A stretch of DNA of 64,000 nt from Antedon mediterranea. Lineage: Eukaryota; Animalia; Echinodermata. A program made the position numbers and the translations under genes. This document shows, piece after piece, positions 48,975 to 63,722 of the stretch (positions are counted from its first letter, which is position 1; every line of letters starts with the position of its first letter). The stretch covers positions 124,001 to 188,000 of the forward strand of contig NC_092675.1 of the NCBI RefSeq assembly GCF_964355755.1, in the 5' to 3' direction. Under the pieces are notes generated by a model, which was not told where the DNA came from, made no database searches, and saw only the letters and a program-made list of their open reading frames with translations.

Positions 48975-51648
48975 GGGCTTAGGTCCATCTCGGCCGCCGA
49001 CAACCTCGGCCGCCGGTTACAGAACGCGATATTGTATGGAGCGCCAAAAGTGCCTGTTATGATAGTGTAATAGTGATGACGTGGAATTACAGTCGAAGCG
49101 GCCGCCAACCAAAGCGACGCAAGCGGCTGCTAGTTCAATAACGGTAATCTGTATGGAACGCCCTGTGCGCTTTGATTGTCGTTTTGTAATCTTAGATATA
49201 TAATGCAATACTGTAGAAAGATTCGATAGTATGTAAATGAGAAATAAAGATTCGGCAATACCGTACGTAAATTATTAATGCAATACTGTATAAAGATTCG
49301 ATAGTATGTAAATGAGATATTAAGATTCGGCAATACCGTACGTAAATTATTAATGCAATACTGTGTAAAGATTCGATAGTATGTAAATGAGATATTAAGA
49401 TTCGGCAATACCGTACGTAAATTATTAATACAATACTGTATAAAGATTCGATAGTATGTAAATGAGATATAAAGATTCGGCAATACCGTACGTAAATTAT
49501 TAATGCAATACTGTATAAAGATTCGATAGTATGTAAATGAGATATTAAGATTCGGCAATACCGTACGTAAATTATTAATGCAATACTGTATAAAGATTCG
49601 ATAGTATGTAAATGAGATATTAAGATTCGGCAATACCGTACGTAAATTATTAATGCAATACTGTATCAAGATTCGATAGTATGTAAATGAGATATAAAGA
49701 TTCGGCAATACCGTACGTAAATTATTAATGCAATACTGTATAAAGATTCGATAGTATGTAAATGAGATATTAAGATTCGGCAATACTGTACGTAAATTAT
49801 TAATGCAATACTGTATAAAGATTCGATAGTATATAAATGAGATATAAAGATTCGGCAATACCGTACGTAAATTATTAATGCAATACTGTATAAAGATTCG
49901 ATAGTATGTAAATGAGATATTAAGATTCGGCAATACCGTACGTAAATTATTAATGCAATACTGCATAAAGATTCGATAGTATGTAAATGAAATAAGGATA
50001 ATATTAAGTTTATAATGATTATTGTTGAGGCACATCACGTGTATAGTTTATTTCTAATGTTTAAAATAGTTTTTAATAAAATGATCATTATATGCGAGTT
50101 ACTGAAATAACCCCCCGAATAAGCCATATTGGAGATGCGCCTTCTATGATCGTGCAGCTGTTTCTCGTAACAATACGTTATTTTGCTGACGGGGTTTCCC
50201 CTTTTAAAAAAAAAAACGCACTTGTTAGTGTGTCAAATCATGGACAAAACACATACGATCGTTGTCCATGGCCAGGTAAAGATGACGTCTATTATTACCG
50301 TAATAACCATACGCTTGAAACGTCTATAGGAGGCTTCTTGCACATGTTTTTGTGAAACGATCCAATGAGCTATGCTCGACGCGATTATGAGATCATGTTC
50401 CGAATATGAGCACTGTTTCTATAATTTGACAGTAGGATTTATATATAATTTACGTATATACGTCGACGATACTATAGATTTTAATTTGAAAAATCTTTTA
50501 TTTCTTCATTTATAATAATCATTTAATGTAAATAATTAAGTAAGTGCAACTTAGTGTCTCACATTCATACGCCGTTCGTAAATCTAAATGTTTAAATATC
50601 AGTACCTCTTTGAGAATCGTGTCCACCTTATTATCCATACATTATTCTCACATCTATCATTAATTTTACATCATAGTCCTACTGTAGGGCCAGTACATTG
50701 ATTTATAACGGCATAGTATCTACATATTTTATTATTATCCCACCATGCTCACTTCAAAGTGGCGGATATCGAATGCAAAAATCATCATCCATGCATCATC
50801 TTCCTTTATTGCATAAACCTCCTAAGCCACCCCTAAGCTGGTATAGAACGAGTTTCGTAATTAACTGTGATTAAAAAATACGCAATAGGCGCGTCTACTT
50901 GTTTAACTATTACATTATTATTTATTATTTTCAAAACTTTAAAGAGTGGCATGCAAATCTTTTAAAAAACTTGCACAATATTCAATAAAACAAAAACAAA
51001 ACATTTTTAAAACGATTTTCTAAAGGAACACATTACACTTCATTAAAACCTGTAAGATAAAATGAAAACACAAATTATTTATAAATAATGAGATAATATT
51101 TATATTTACTGTACTTAAAAAATAACGATTGAGGTTAAAAATAATGTCAAATAGTATAGGCCTATTATTAGAAATTCTAATATTCAAAATTAACTGAAAA
51201 CATAATGAGCGTTTTCATTAAAAATTTATCTAATTTGCCATATACAAATTAGCGCGACCAAAATAAAACGCGACCGATATCAAACGTAACTAATATGATA
51301 AACCGATTTCATCTGACACCTTTAGGGGTATCACAAATAATATTTTTTTAAAGTTAGCCAGCTTTAGATATAAAATAAATCGAATAGTAAAATATAGGCC
51401 TATTGATATTGATTGATATCACTAACTACTACTTTATTAATCTGAAAAATTTAGAAAAAAAGCATTTATTAAAACAATAATTAAAAGTTAATTAATGAAT
51501 TTATTAATTAGTATACATGTAGAATACGTGCGTATGCGCTGCATTACATTTTAATTACTCACAATACAATACAAGCATCGGTGGCGTGCCATACAATTCG
51601 GCTTTTTAATCTGGCGGCCGAGATTGTCGGCGGTAGTGGGTAAGGGCC
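48975..51648. mobile_element. Putative non-autonomous TIR element in the 5' intron of CTNS
   Basis: GC-rich ends ccgccgacaacctcggccgcc (~48994-49014) and ggcggccgagattgtcggcgg (~51613-51633) are inverted repeats. The element contains the 75 bp minisatellite. No TSD identified. Confidence 0.55.
49201..49990. repeat. 75 bp minisatellite, ~10.5 copies
   Basis: Unit taatgcaatactgtataaagattcgatagtatgtaaatgagatattaagattcggcaataccgtacgtaaattat; it explains the repetitive ORF 49130-50038. Confidence 0.95.
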
Positions 51649-51832
51649 GGTTGGTAACAATAATGGGTTTCTTTTAGGATAAATTTGACCCCCCAATTTA
51701 TTTAAATACTGTATAGTATTGTTATTATTAATTTGATTAATACAATTTTATTTTATCTATTTTATTTCCAGAATACTGATTAGGCCTTCAGATTGCAGAA
51801 ATACTCTACATGAAACTAAAACCAGTAAAAGT

Positions 51833-54800
51833 ATGGCAAAAATGTATAAAACAATATTTTTTATTTTGACAATAATAAAGTTATCTGAAGCAAAAGAAGC
51901 TTCAAATGTAACAGTGCAGCCAACTGATCTAAGTATTGTTGTTGGAAACAATGGATCATTCAGTCTTCAAAGTAAAGTAGCACTTGATGAGCCAGTACTC
52001 ATTATATTGATGAGTTCACATCCTAAGATAGCTACAGTTGAAGATGAGGTTGGTACTGTATTTTGAAAATTATTTTGTTTAAGTTCAGTCTACACTATCA
52101 AACTTTATGTGACAAAAAAATGTGATGTGCCCATCATATATAAACATAATGATGTCATATACCATATTTGGGCATATCACACTTTTTTTGTCAAGCTACA
52201 GTTGTTTGATAGCGTAGACAGAGCTTAATTCTACATATATTATGATGACATTTTAAAATCATGTATCTGCCACTGAATGTTTGAGCAAATTCTTGATTGA
52301 CTTTCTTTATTGTACACCAGCCATCTTTAGCAACAGTTTTCCATTTACTATAGTGTATTATAGTTTGGAAAAATATTAAAACTTTTGAAAAATTGTAATT
52401 GTATCTTTATATTTGTGTCTTTGTCTAATAATTCCCGGCTTAAGTTAGTTCCATGTATTAATTGATTAACTATTAATAGGGTTTTGGTAAATGTTTTAAT
52501 TTTTTTTTCTAATGAAATCTTTTTTTCAAAGGATGTTATTCTGAATGACACTAGTAAAGTTTACGTAGAAGTTCAGTCACTTAAAGTTGGCAGAACAGAT
52601 ATTTTAATAAACTCAACTTCAGAAGTGTTAGGAAGGTATGTGTACATTTAAGATCATAACCTTTAGTACTGTATGCATGTTTTTATTCTATAATTGAATA
52701 TTAAATGAACGTTTGAAAGATTTAAACATTTTTATAAGTATTCATTTTTAATACAATAATAAAGTATTATGGAGAAATTGAGGCAACAGTTAGTGTGACC
52801 ATGTGAATGAATCTTAATCCATTTAATTGAAAGAAGTGGCTATCGGCATGGTTGATATTATTTTTCTAGCGGCATGGTTGATATTATTTTTCTAGCGGCA
52901 TGGTTGACCCTTTGTCTGGTGTAAAATCTGAGACAATAGATATTGTTATCTCAGGTAAAATTGTCACAGTCGACTTTGCAAGACATTAAATGCCCGATTG
53001 ATGGTACCAATAGAAAACAATGAATTTGACACACAATCCACCACATTAACTATTGACTATTGGCACAGTCCTTTGCCCTTTAATTTACATCCACAGTTGA
53101 CCATGCCAATAGCCTCATCGTTATTTGATTATGTGACCCAGTAAGGATATACTGATAACATATTGATGTTTATTTCTCTTACAGGTTGGATTCATCTTTT
53201 CTACGGGTTTCTGTAATTGTGAGTGAAGCATTATCAGTTTTAATCATTGTTGTAGGTTGGATATATTTTGTAGCCTGGTCTATATCATTTTATCCACAAG
53301 TTATTTTGAACTTTCATCGAAAAAGGTAAGAAGCATTTTAAAATGGGTTGGGGAGTTGACAGGTGTAAAGAGGCATCTTAGGTTGAGTGCTACCTTTTTT
53401 AGTTAATTACTTGGCATAAGTATAGTACTTTGTTGTTTGTTTGCACGATAAGGTCCACAATTTTTAAGTTATTGTCCTGAATGATTGGGTGTTAATACTC
53501 ACAGAATATGCATATTGATTTTAAGGAAAATTTATATATTGGTGACGTCACAAAAGATTTTGGTGACGTCACAAAAGATTATTAAAATCTGACTTACCTG
53601 TATCTTTAAATATTAAATAGCACGCCCTCTGTATTCTTTTAACATGAGCTGAAATATTAAGTAGTAGGCCCTCTCTCTACGAGGTTAGTTTTCCTTGATA
53701 TATTTTCCTAAGTACTTCACTCAGTTTCTGAGTGCTTTCATTTATTTGTTATTAATTCATTTTTTTTAATTTATCCTTTTTTTTTCATTTCAGTGTTATA
53801 GGTTTAAATTTTGATTTCTTAGCCTACAATTTAATTGGTTTTAGTGCATATGGCATCTTCAATATTGGAATGTTCTGGATTCCACATATACAGGTAAAGA
53901 AAGGTTTTTAAAAGTTAGAGTAGAGTCACTAAGACGATTTTTGTTTACTGTACCAGCAACATACAGTAACTACATCATGGGTATTCTTTGCATGGTTAAA
54001 TTAATTTCTATCTTATTTTTATGAGAACTATTTAGTAGCATTTTTATTAATGTTTTTCTTTTCTTTCAGGAACAATATGAAGAGAAACACCCACGTGGTA
54101 TAAACCCTGTTCTTATAAATGATGTCTGTTTTACTCTTCATGCAATTTTTATCACTGCTGTTACAATTATCCAGTGTCTGATTTATGAGGTAAGGTGTTT
54201 GACAATATTGTTTTTTCTATAAATGTTTATGTTTGTCAAAGTGTTCCATAGTTTACACTTGGTTAGAACTGTTTAATTTCAATTTATTTTTTTATTATTA
54301 TTTTTTGTCATTAAATTATAAAGTTATACTGATTTCATTTTGATTTAAAAATAATTATTTAAGCTTTTACTTTAACCTAAAATTATTCACTTTCACAATT
54401 TATCAGAGAGGTGATCAACGTGTTTCAAATATCTGCCGAGCTTTGTTGATTTTAGCGGGATTGTTTTCATTCATCACCCTCATCATCACAATTGCCTCAA
54501 AAGAAAACCTGATTTCCTGGTTAGACTATATCTACTATTTCTCCTACATCAAGCTGGGTGTAACCCTTATTAAGTACATTCCACAGGTGAGTCTATTGGA
54601 TGTGTTCTGCTTTAATTAATTATGGGAGTCAGGTGGTAACTACACACCTAAGTTAGCAATAAAACTGCTAACCCTAACCCATGAAACAAACTGGGTAAAT
54701 AGCTAAGCCTGAATCAACCTTGTGTAAAGAATGCTATGTTTACATTGCCTATCAAAGATGTGTACATTTGTTCACCTAACATTAGACATATTATATTTTT

Positions 54801-55596
54801 ATATTGTGCCTGCAAATAATGCAAATTAACCATATTGCCTCACATTAAAAGATCATTGTACTTTGGAGTGGGCTTATGCATGAGGATCAAAACATAGTGG
54901 GTGAAAATCTTACTAATCTATGCAACAGAATGTTCTAAATTAAAATATGTCATCTGTACTTATATTTTTACAATGGTTGTTCCTAGGCCTGGATGAACTA
55001 TAAACGAAAGAGTACAGATGGTTGGAGTATTGGCAATATTCTGCTTGACTTCACTGGTGGATCACTTAGCCTGGTTCAGATGTTTTTGTTGGCCTATAAT
55101 AATGGTAAGTTAGAAAAATTACAAAGAATAAGATTGCACAATAGTAAGTAATTTGATTTTATTTGAAGGGGACATTAGGTTGTTGATCAAATGTAACAAG
55201 TTCTACAGTGTTCACGGATTATTAGGAGGAACCTATGAATGCTGAGATAATGTAGATTAAAGTATTGGAGGGCCCTTTAAGAGTACTATTAACAAGGGCC
55301 CTTTGTCCTCTTGTGTTACGCCACTTAATAAAGACAATTCTAGACTGTACCCATGGCAAAAACCCCACTTTCATATTTACAATTTTTTTTTTTCAGATGA
55401 TTGGAATTCGATTTTTGGTGACCCCACAAAATTTGGTCTTGGTTTCTTTTCAATCTTATTTGACATTCTCTTTATACTACAACATTACGTATGGTATCGA
55501 GGGAATTCCCCAAAAGTTGAGGAACGTTATTCAGAGATAGGAAGTAAAGAACCACTACTCAATGGCTTGACAGATTCATATGAATCTTTTAAGTGA
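51833..55596 (+). CDS. CTNS: Cystinosin (lysosomal cystine transporter, PQ-loop family)
   Basis: Exons 51833-52048, 52532-52635, 53185-53325 ([16 protein letters not shown]), 53794-53893 (SVIGLNFDF), 54070-54189 (NPVLIND), 54407-54586 ([15 protein letters not shown]), 54987-55104 ([25 protein letters not shown]), 55397-55596 ([10 protein letters not shown]...SYESFK*). Confidence 0.95.
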
Positions 55597-58001
55597 TCTT
55601 TTGGAAAGATTTTTAAATTAATATAACAATAGTTTTTTAAAATTGTATAATTTTATATCTACCTTAATGTTCGCATTATGTTAAATCTGTATAATAATGT
55701 ATAATCACCACCATAATAGTGGTACAGAGTATAGAGTACAAATCCTAGTACACTGTTCTGAATCATTTGAGAAATAATTTATTTGTTTGAATAAAAGCCC
55801 CGCTTTGACTAAATGAGTTTAACTCCCCACTAAAAAAAACCCCGAACAATAAATGCCACGGGACGTTTTATTCTAATGAATGTGGTATTCAGCTTTGTAG
55901 TCCTAGGTATCAACATAGGATTTGAGGTAGAATATAGCTTTAATTCTTTTTTCACGTACAAAATCTTCTCTATAAAACTTCAAAACCTATTGTTTTTTGG
56001 CAAGTAAACATAAAAATAAAGAAATCGTATTTACAACTCTTCAATCACAGCCATATAGATGTTAAGAGAGTTTATTCTAAAGTACAGTATATGTCATAAA
56101 ATTATTATGAATAATGTTGTACAATTTTAAAACAGTAACATTTTTTTAGATTATTTACTTTCTATTAAAAGTATATTTGTAAAAATTGTAATGGGCACAA
56201 AATTGTTTTGCTGTAATTTTTATTTTAAAATATTAGTAATTTAATTTTGTTTTTCTTTAAGCAAATTATATAATTACATACAAAAATTTAGTTAGTATTT
56301 TTTAGTTTCGATTAAGCCTTTGTACAACAGAAGTATATAAAGTGAAACATAAGAGGCTGACAATTTTACAATGCATTGTACAGTATTATACGAATTCCAA
56401 GATATATATACCAATTTATACAGCATTTTATTATATTGATGTAAACATATATTTTTGATTATATTAATAATATGTATAATATTGTAACAAGCCACCAATA
56501 AATTCAGATGGCGCTATACAATAGATTGTCTTGATTTATATCATACCAGTTGTATTAAAATCTGAAGATAAAAACTATATGTAAAAGTGCAATATGATTT
56601 TATTCTTACACTCCAAAAGACCAGAGCATAGAAAAGAAAAAACTAAGCAATTCAACCAATCAAAATATAAATTTTATTCAGCCATAAATGACAAATCACA
56701 CACACATTCTGTTATTTTTAAATATAAAACACTATATGAAGAGTACAATATGTATTTTAAATTTAACATTTGATAAAATTATGACAATAATTGTTCATTT
56801 TCCATTTCATTAATTTATTCATCATTAAAAAGAATAGAATAAAATACATGTTATTATAATAGTACATATTTTGATACTGAAATTCACCCAGACTACACAA
56901 TAATTAAATTCATATAATATGCTACTGTAATAAATAACAAAAATACCTCAGTAAAACGTGAGTAAAGTATATACTGTACACTTAAAAACACATTTAAATC
57001 TTTAAAATATAAAACAAGAATACAATAAAACCCCTAATCAGTGGACACTATCATGACCAATCAAAGTATCTATCTCTTGAATAGAGGTTGACCCTAGTGG
57101 GTGTCAATTTTAAATCAAACACTATTCAACACATATTGAAAGCTACAATATTACTGTATTTCAGTAGAGTATTATATATGCACACAATTCACAACAAAAA
57201 CAAGCCATCTCATCCTATAATGCCCTATTGTTTGTGACACAAAAATGTGATGGACATGATGATGTCATATCATCACCATATTTGGGCATGTCACTACCAT
57301 ATTTGGGCACATCACACTTTTGTTGTAAAACAAGTTTGACAGTGTAGACAGAACTTTATTCTCTCAAATCAATGTCCCAAACAGTCATTGATTGATTTGA
57401 TTGATTAAATGGGGATCATTTGGTGGATATGTGCGTTTCATAAATGTTACTTTAACAAATGTTAAAATGAACATTAAAATGAGTAGAAGAAGAATGACAA
57501 AAACCTTTGCAGATGACACAGTTTTGTACACCAATATTCCTGAGATTAAAACATCTTCAATACAACTATTAACCTGGAATTTACTAAAATATTTTCCAGG
57601 CCTAGAAAGTTATGTAAAATTTGACTTTCTTGACAAGTCATGGGAAGTTACAGCAAGAAAAATACAAGACGAACCAAACATTTTTTATAGACATCATTTA
57701 TACAATTAATTGTATTGCATTTTAACTTGTCAATTTTGGCTAGAATACAAAGAGTCAATTTCATGGAAAGTAATAACAATTGAAAAAGTGTATGGACCCT
57801 GTTAAAAGTTGGTTTTAATTTGATAAAACTGCATATCTTGGCAAATAATACATCAATGCAATATTAATACACACAAGCACAATAACAACATTGTTGTATA
57901 CAACAGTTTTCTAAATTATATTAAATGCATAAACATTATAAATACCACAGTTTACTATAATATATACTTAATAATAGTTACTGGATTTTAAAAATCAATT
58001 C

Positions 58002-61000
58002 TCAAGCTTTCAAATTCCGGTATGTTCGTCGATAAATCTTACTTAAGGTATCGTCAAATAACTGACGGTTGCTTCTGCCAGTTAGATAAGGACCATTTTG
58101 ACTCCAGTAACTTCCATTGTCCACATGAAATGAAACACTACAAAGATAACAAATTTTCACAAATTCATGTTAAGCTCTGTCTACACTATCAAACTTTATG
58201 ACAAAAAAATGTGATTGCCCATATATGATGGACATGATGATGTCATATCACTATCATGTTTGGGAATATCACTACCATATTTGGGCACATCACACTAGTT
58301 TGATAGTGTAGACAGTGCTTTACAATGAATTTAATATGTACTACCAAATCTGGACACCCAAAATGTCTGGTTTTATGGAAATCTAAATAAGAAATAATTT
58401 AAGAATCTATGGAACAATTCTGAATTTTGAAGAATTTCTGGTTTTCATATAATATAAAATAAAGTGAGGAAAGCCATTATTATTCTATATTTCAAACTTT
58501 AGTTTCAAAACATTTATATAGACTCAGACAGTAAAATATTATAAAATACTGTACAATGCAATAAAATAATGATATAAGGTCAGAGTTTGTCTTCAGTGAT
58601 TCAAAGTTCAGAATAGACTACTGTAGTTACTGTAGCTTTACATTTTTAACTACAAAATAAGTGAAATATTCTGTACAGAAAGTATTAAGTATATACAACA
58701 ATGAACTGGTAATTAAATAAAAACAATATAGTTTAATGTTTCAAATAGTTGTTAGTGACAGTTACAATGTGCAGTAGTTGAAAGAAACAAACACTGAAAT
58801 AAGATTAACATAAATAACAAGTAAAACAAATATTAGAGAAATAAAAATAAAACTAAAATAAATTAAATGCAACAGAAAAAACAAACCTGAAAGATTAAGA
58901 ACTGTGTATTTTACCTCCTGTTGAATGACCTATCAAGAACACTTTGTTTTAATGGGGATACTGATGACCTAAGAGCAACAAGGGCTTCATCTGATGCTAT
59001 TGAAGATATATCGTCAACATCCACCGACTGAAGACAGAAAATACAAAAATATAATACATGCTTTAATTCCTGAATGTTAATGACTGGATAGTGAGGGCAT
59101 GTGGCGCAGTGTGTTAGATATTGGATTACTGATCATGAGATCGTTGTTCGAATCCAACTCTCACCGCATAGCTTGTATCCTTAGGCAAGACACTTTACTT
59201 ACATTTGCCTCTCTCCACTCAGGTGTATAAAATGGGTGCAGGTTAGATCAAGACACAACTTTGCACTGATTACTAGCTGCATTATTATGAGAGTACGTTT
59301 CCATACGTGTTTGATCCAAAAAATGACCGGGGTAATAATGCGCAGTGCTAATTATTATTAATAATAATGTTTGCATCAAGCTGAACTTCAAAGACAAATA
59401 AAAATAAATTTACCTCAAAATTTTTTTCCAAAGCTCTACTAATTTTATTCCTAATGTTGTGTGAAGTGTTCAATGAATAGTCTCCTAATCTCTGACGTAG
59501 AGTAGGTTTCATTAACGTAGGACTTAGTGACCTTGTTCGAGCTCGTCTAGGAGAGCGAGGAGAGTAAGGCAGTCGACCATACTCAACATCTACACCAGGT
59601 GATGTCCTCACTATACTACTGAGTCTCAACTGGTTCATATCTTCAAGAATTTCTGTAACAAAACACTATTTGTTTAAGTTTCTGCAAAGTTTGGTTCCCA
59701 CTAGAAAGAAGTTAAATCATCAGTGTTGCTCATATGCAAAGTAGAAAAAGGTGTCGGTTCAAACTTGTGACTTACAGGGGTTATGTTTACACAACACTTT
59801 GCGTCAATATGTTGCTTGTACATACTTGCATTGCATCCTAGTGAGAAACAAGCATAAGGGGCCCCATCAGGATATAAATCCCCTTTTGGGAATGTAGAGG
59901 GCTATGTTATAGATTGAATAGAAAATTTCATAAGTAAGTTATTTTACAAGGTTTCTTATTTTTATATCTATTACTCCTCACCCTGAGTGTCATCACTGAT
60001 GGTTGATAAGCTAACAAGGTCCAGAGCCTTCCTTCTATTTTCTTCAAACTGTAAACAAAATTACAAAAGTCACATACAGTATGGTCGTCTATGAACTAAT
60101 GGGGTTCTGAGGGAGTATTTGCTTAGTTTGCCTGGCTTTTCAGGTATAATATATTTTCTACATCATGTTCTATATCAATAAGCTAAAGTTTACAGATGGC
60201 TTTGCAGGTATAATACATTTTCTACATGATGTATGTTCTATATCAATAAGCTAAAGTTTACAGAAGGTTTAATATTATAGTTGTGTGAATTTCTGTAAAC
60301 TTATTGAATAAAGACATTTGTACATTCTCACCGTATCATATCGGATTCCATTATTTGGATGGTAGTTGTACCGATGTCCCCAGTAACGGTGACCATAGTA
60401 ACGCTTATATACTCTACAAATTGTGCAATCATTTTCAGATACATATCCTATAAAGAAAAAAGTATTTGCATGATCGATCATATAAAGAGTACATCATGGA
60501 GGATAAATTGAAAGCATTTACAGTCACCTCAGAACTACTAAAAATAAGAAGGAAATATAAGGAAATTGTGGCCTAATCTCTGTCTACACTAAACCTAGTT
60601 TGACAAAATAAGTTTGATGTGTCTACATATGGTAGTGATGTGTCTACATATGGTAGTGATATGTCAAAATATGGTAGTGATAAGACATCACAGTATTCAT
60701 AATATGGGAACATCACATTTTTTTTGTCACATTTTGATAGTAGAAATAGAGCTTTACAGACCTTTTAAAAGTTTTCCAGGTTAACAAATTCACTTATATC
60801 AGACACTATAGATATACTGATGTTAACACTGATTTTAAAATAACATATAAGCATTGCAAAAGCACTTTTCATTTAAAATTTAATAATTGGATTGTGAAAA
60901 ACAAGACAGTTATCAACAGACATACGTGTAATTGTGCCATTTGATTTCCGAAGACTTTTAGAAGGAGCAGAGGCTGGTCGCCGTGGAGACAAGGACCTTG

Positions 61001-63722
61001 CTCTGGATGGAGACACTGCTCTGTTTTTTGTGTCTACCTGTAAAAACAAAATACAGTATGAATAATTAATACAAGCTTGAATACATTTGAAGTGACAAAT
61101 TGATTGAAGAAATCAGGATAAACTTACTCTTTTATAAAAGAATGGAGGTCTACCATCTTGTGGCGGAGTACTGTTGATTGTCTTTGGTTTTCGTTTACTG
61201 TTGCTTGAATGTCTTTGTGGTGATCGCATACGGGAAGATGATGTTGCTAATTCATAACTTTTGGTTCTTAAAAACAATAGAATGTTTTCATTAGACAAAT
61301 TTACAATTCTTTAACACAAAATGTCATTAGACACACATAAATTTCGGTTGAATATCAAATCAATTATTTTTACATATACCAGTCTTCAGGTGTGCTTTAA
61401 TTTGTAGTGGCACCTTTTGTTGCTTTTCCAAATTTAATGAACATACTGTAGTCAATCTTTTTTTTTTCAAAGAATCAATACTGTAGTTCTTTGATCTATA
61501 ATTGGCAATTAAATTTGCTTTTGGATGTGTGTAAAAACTAACCTCTTTTTGGTCCTTCCTCTTGCTTTGGCAGGTGTTACAGATACAATTCTCTCTACAG
61601 GGTTTTGAACTGATAATGATTTAAACTCATGGTATGTTGCAGACGTACAGTCACGCACTGTTGTCACACAGGAGAACTCAAGCTTGGGTGAAATCCCCTG
61701 TACATAAAATAGATACTGGATTGATTATACAGTATGTGTGTGCATTCCATGTATGTATACAGTCACGCACTGTTGTCACACAGGAGAACTCAAGCTTGGG
61801 TGAAATCCCCTGTACATAAAATAGATACTAGATTGATTATACAGTATGTGTGTGCATTCCATTTATGTATACAGTCACGCACTGTTGTCACACAGGAGAA
61901 CTCAAGCTTGGGTGAAATCCCCTGTACATAAAATAGATACTGGATTGATTATACAGTATGTGTGTGCATTCCATTTATGTATACAGTCACGCACTGTTGT
62001 CACACAGGAGAACTCAAGCTTGGGTGAAATCCCCTGTACATAAAATAGATACTAGATTGATTATGCAGTATGTGTGTGCATTCCATGTATGTATACAGTC
62101 ACGCACTGTTGTCACACAGGAGAACTCAAGCTTGGATGAAATCCCCTGTACATAAAATAGATACTAGATTGATTATACAGTATGTGTGTGCAATCCATTT
62201 ATGTATACAATGGATGTAAGTTTTATACAATAAATTTACAAACAAAATTTCTTTTAAAAATAGATACCATAAAAAAATATTGAGCATTCAAATGATATAG
62301 GCCTAAAATTATTAAGGAATGGTAGGGATATTATTACTGTACTAACTATTATTATTTAATTTATTTTAAAAGCAATCTTACCAAGGCAATCTAACAACAG
62401 AATGCTGAGTTCAGGAGATCAAAGGGATTATCTGTGGCATCTTAACAGACACTGCGCCGCGGAGAATATGTGCATAGTACAGTAAATGTGGTATTTGTCG
62501 CAGCCAAACATAAGATCAAAGGACTGTTACGAGTTCCTATCTTGGCAAGGCAAGCTCAGTGTCCTGTTGTTAAATTGCCTTGAGCCTACTTACATTGAAC
62601 CAAACTGTTTTCTTCAATAGGAGTTCACGATCAGCATCAGCATACGCAGGAGTCAATGTGTTCTCAGGATAGAGGAAATCCCTGGCAGATGTACGATAGT
62701 AGGCTAGAAGCTGACCTTCTGAATAGTAGTCAGGTGGAAGTTGGATTAATTCAATTATCACAGTTTCTGCCTCTAAGACATAGGTCATGTGTGCTGGATC
62801 CATACAGTTTGTGAACGTCTGAAATTTTAAAATGCATGCTACACTTACGACATATTTAAATGAGTAGGCCTCAGAGCCTTAATATTAGTACAACAAATAA
62901 CCATGAAGAGCAATTGTTTTATGTGTGTTCATCTTCAATCATATATATATTTTTTAACTTGACAACATAATGAATGGCATTCAGGTACACATCCACTCAC
63001 TGTAACAATTGCTTGAGCACTGATATTTAATGTCCATTGCCACTTGAAAAAATGAAATATACACACTCTACAAAATGGGCTTTATTCCATCTTGACTGGG
63101 TGGCAGCTACCTTACATGCCTTAGTCCTTTATCTGTGCCACCACACAGATTTTGGAATATGCCAACATTTTATGTACCGTAATTGACAGCAGAATGTACA
63201 GTAAGAGCAGGGAAGAATGTAATTTCACTCTTCCCTTGTAAGAGTATAGCATGGAGTTATGAGTATAGAGAGGACAACAGATGTTCCAAACCTCCCGTTT
63301 CATCCAATCTTCCAAATATTATCAAAATCTTTCAAAATGTTGGTGTTTGATAACAAAAAATGTTCAAAACCATGTCTACTCAGGTCTCAACTTTAGTTAA
63401 TTTCTGTATTTAATAGATAATTACATCAGATCAGTTGCTAGAATGTGCAATGCACCTCTAACTGAAAAAAACAATTTATTTATTATTTATTTATGTGCGA
63501 TTGCACAAGGTAGTTTGTGATAAGTTTAAAACACATCAAATCTGTTGGAGGTTGGAACATCTGGGAAAACCAAACATACTGTACCCTGTCAAATGACAAA
63601 ACTTGGTGAAAAAGAAATGGGAAAACAGGAGGAAGACACAATGTGCGCCTCTGCTGGCCAAGCATGGTAACTTGAAGGTATACATCTTCACGACTTGACA
63701 ATACAGAACCAGGGCATGTGAC
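58002..63722 (-). CDS. SPATA6: Spermatogenesis-associated protein 6 family; first exon(s) not identified, probably beyond the window
   Basis: Phase-consistent exons 63585-63722 (VTCPG...DVYL...T.CLPPVFPFLF), 62594-62818 (ELIQL...LAYY...ARDFLYP...DRELL), 61543-61697 (GISPKLEFS), 61128-61266 (RPPF), 60926-61037, 60332-60447, 59982-60048, 59414-59652, 58915-59027, 58002-58137 (HVDNGSYWS...LFDDTLSKIY). Confidence 0.88.
58172..58320. mobile_element. ~150 bp MITE family (other copies ~52081-52226, 57230-57356, 60576-60754)
   Basis: TIR agctctgtctacactatcaaac / gtttgatagtgtagacag(t/a)gct with shared internal gatgtgccc/ccatatttgggca repeats. Confidence 0.8.
59093..59348 (+). mobile_element. tRNA-derived SINE
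   Basis: A box gtggcgcagtg, B box gttcgaatcc, then the central motif ccttaggcaagacacttta...tgcctctctccactcaggtgtataaaatgggt typical of invertebrate core-domain SINEs. Confidence 0.7.
61647..62208. repeat. 112 bp tandem repeat (5 copies) containing the acceptor and first ~50 nt of a SPATA6 exon
   Basis: Unit tacagtcacgcactgttgtcacacaggagaactcaagcttgggtgaaatcccctgtacataaaatag... Confidence 0.95.

Noticed and set aside
49130-50038. 302 aa repetitive ORF or CRISPR-like array
   Set aside because: It is the translation of a 75 bp minisatellite; there are no unique spacers and no cas genes, and the context is eukaryotic.
61634-62155. Four tandem 61-65 aa ORFs on the + strand
   Set aside because: Products of the 112 bp repeat, antisense to SPATA6.
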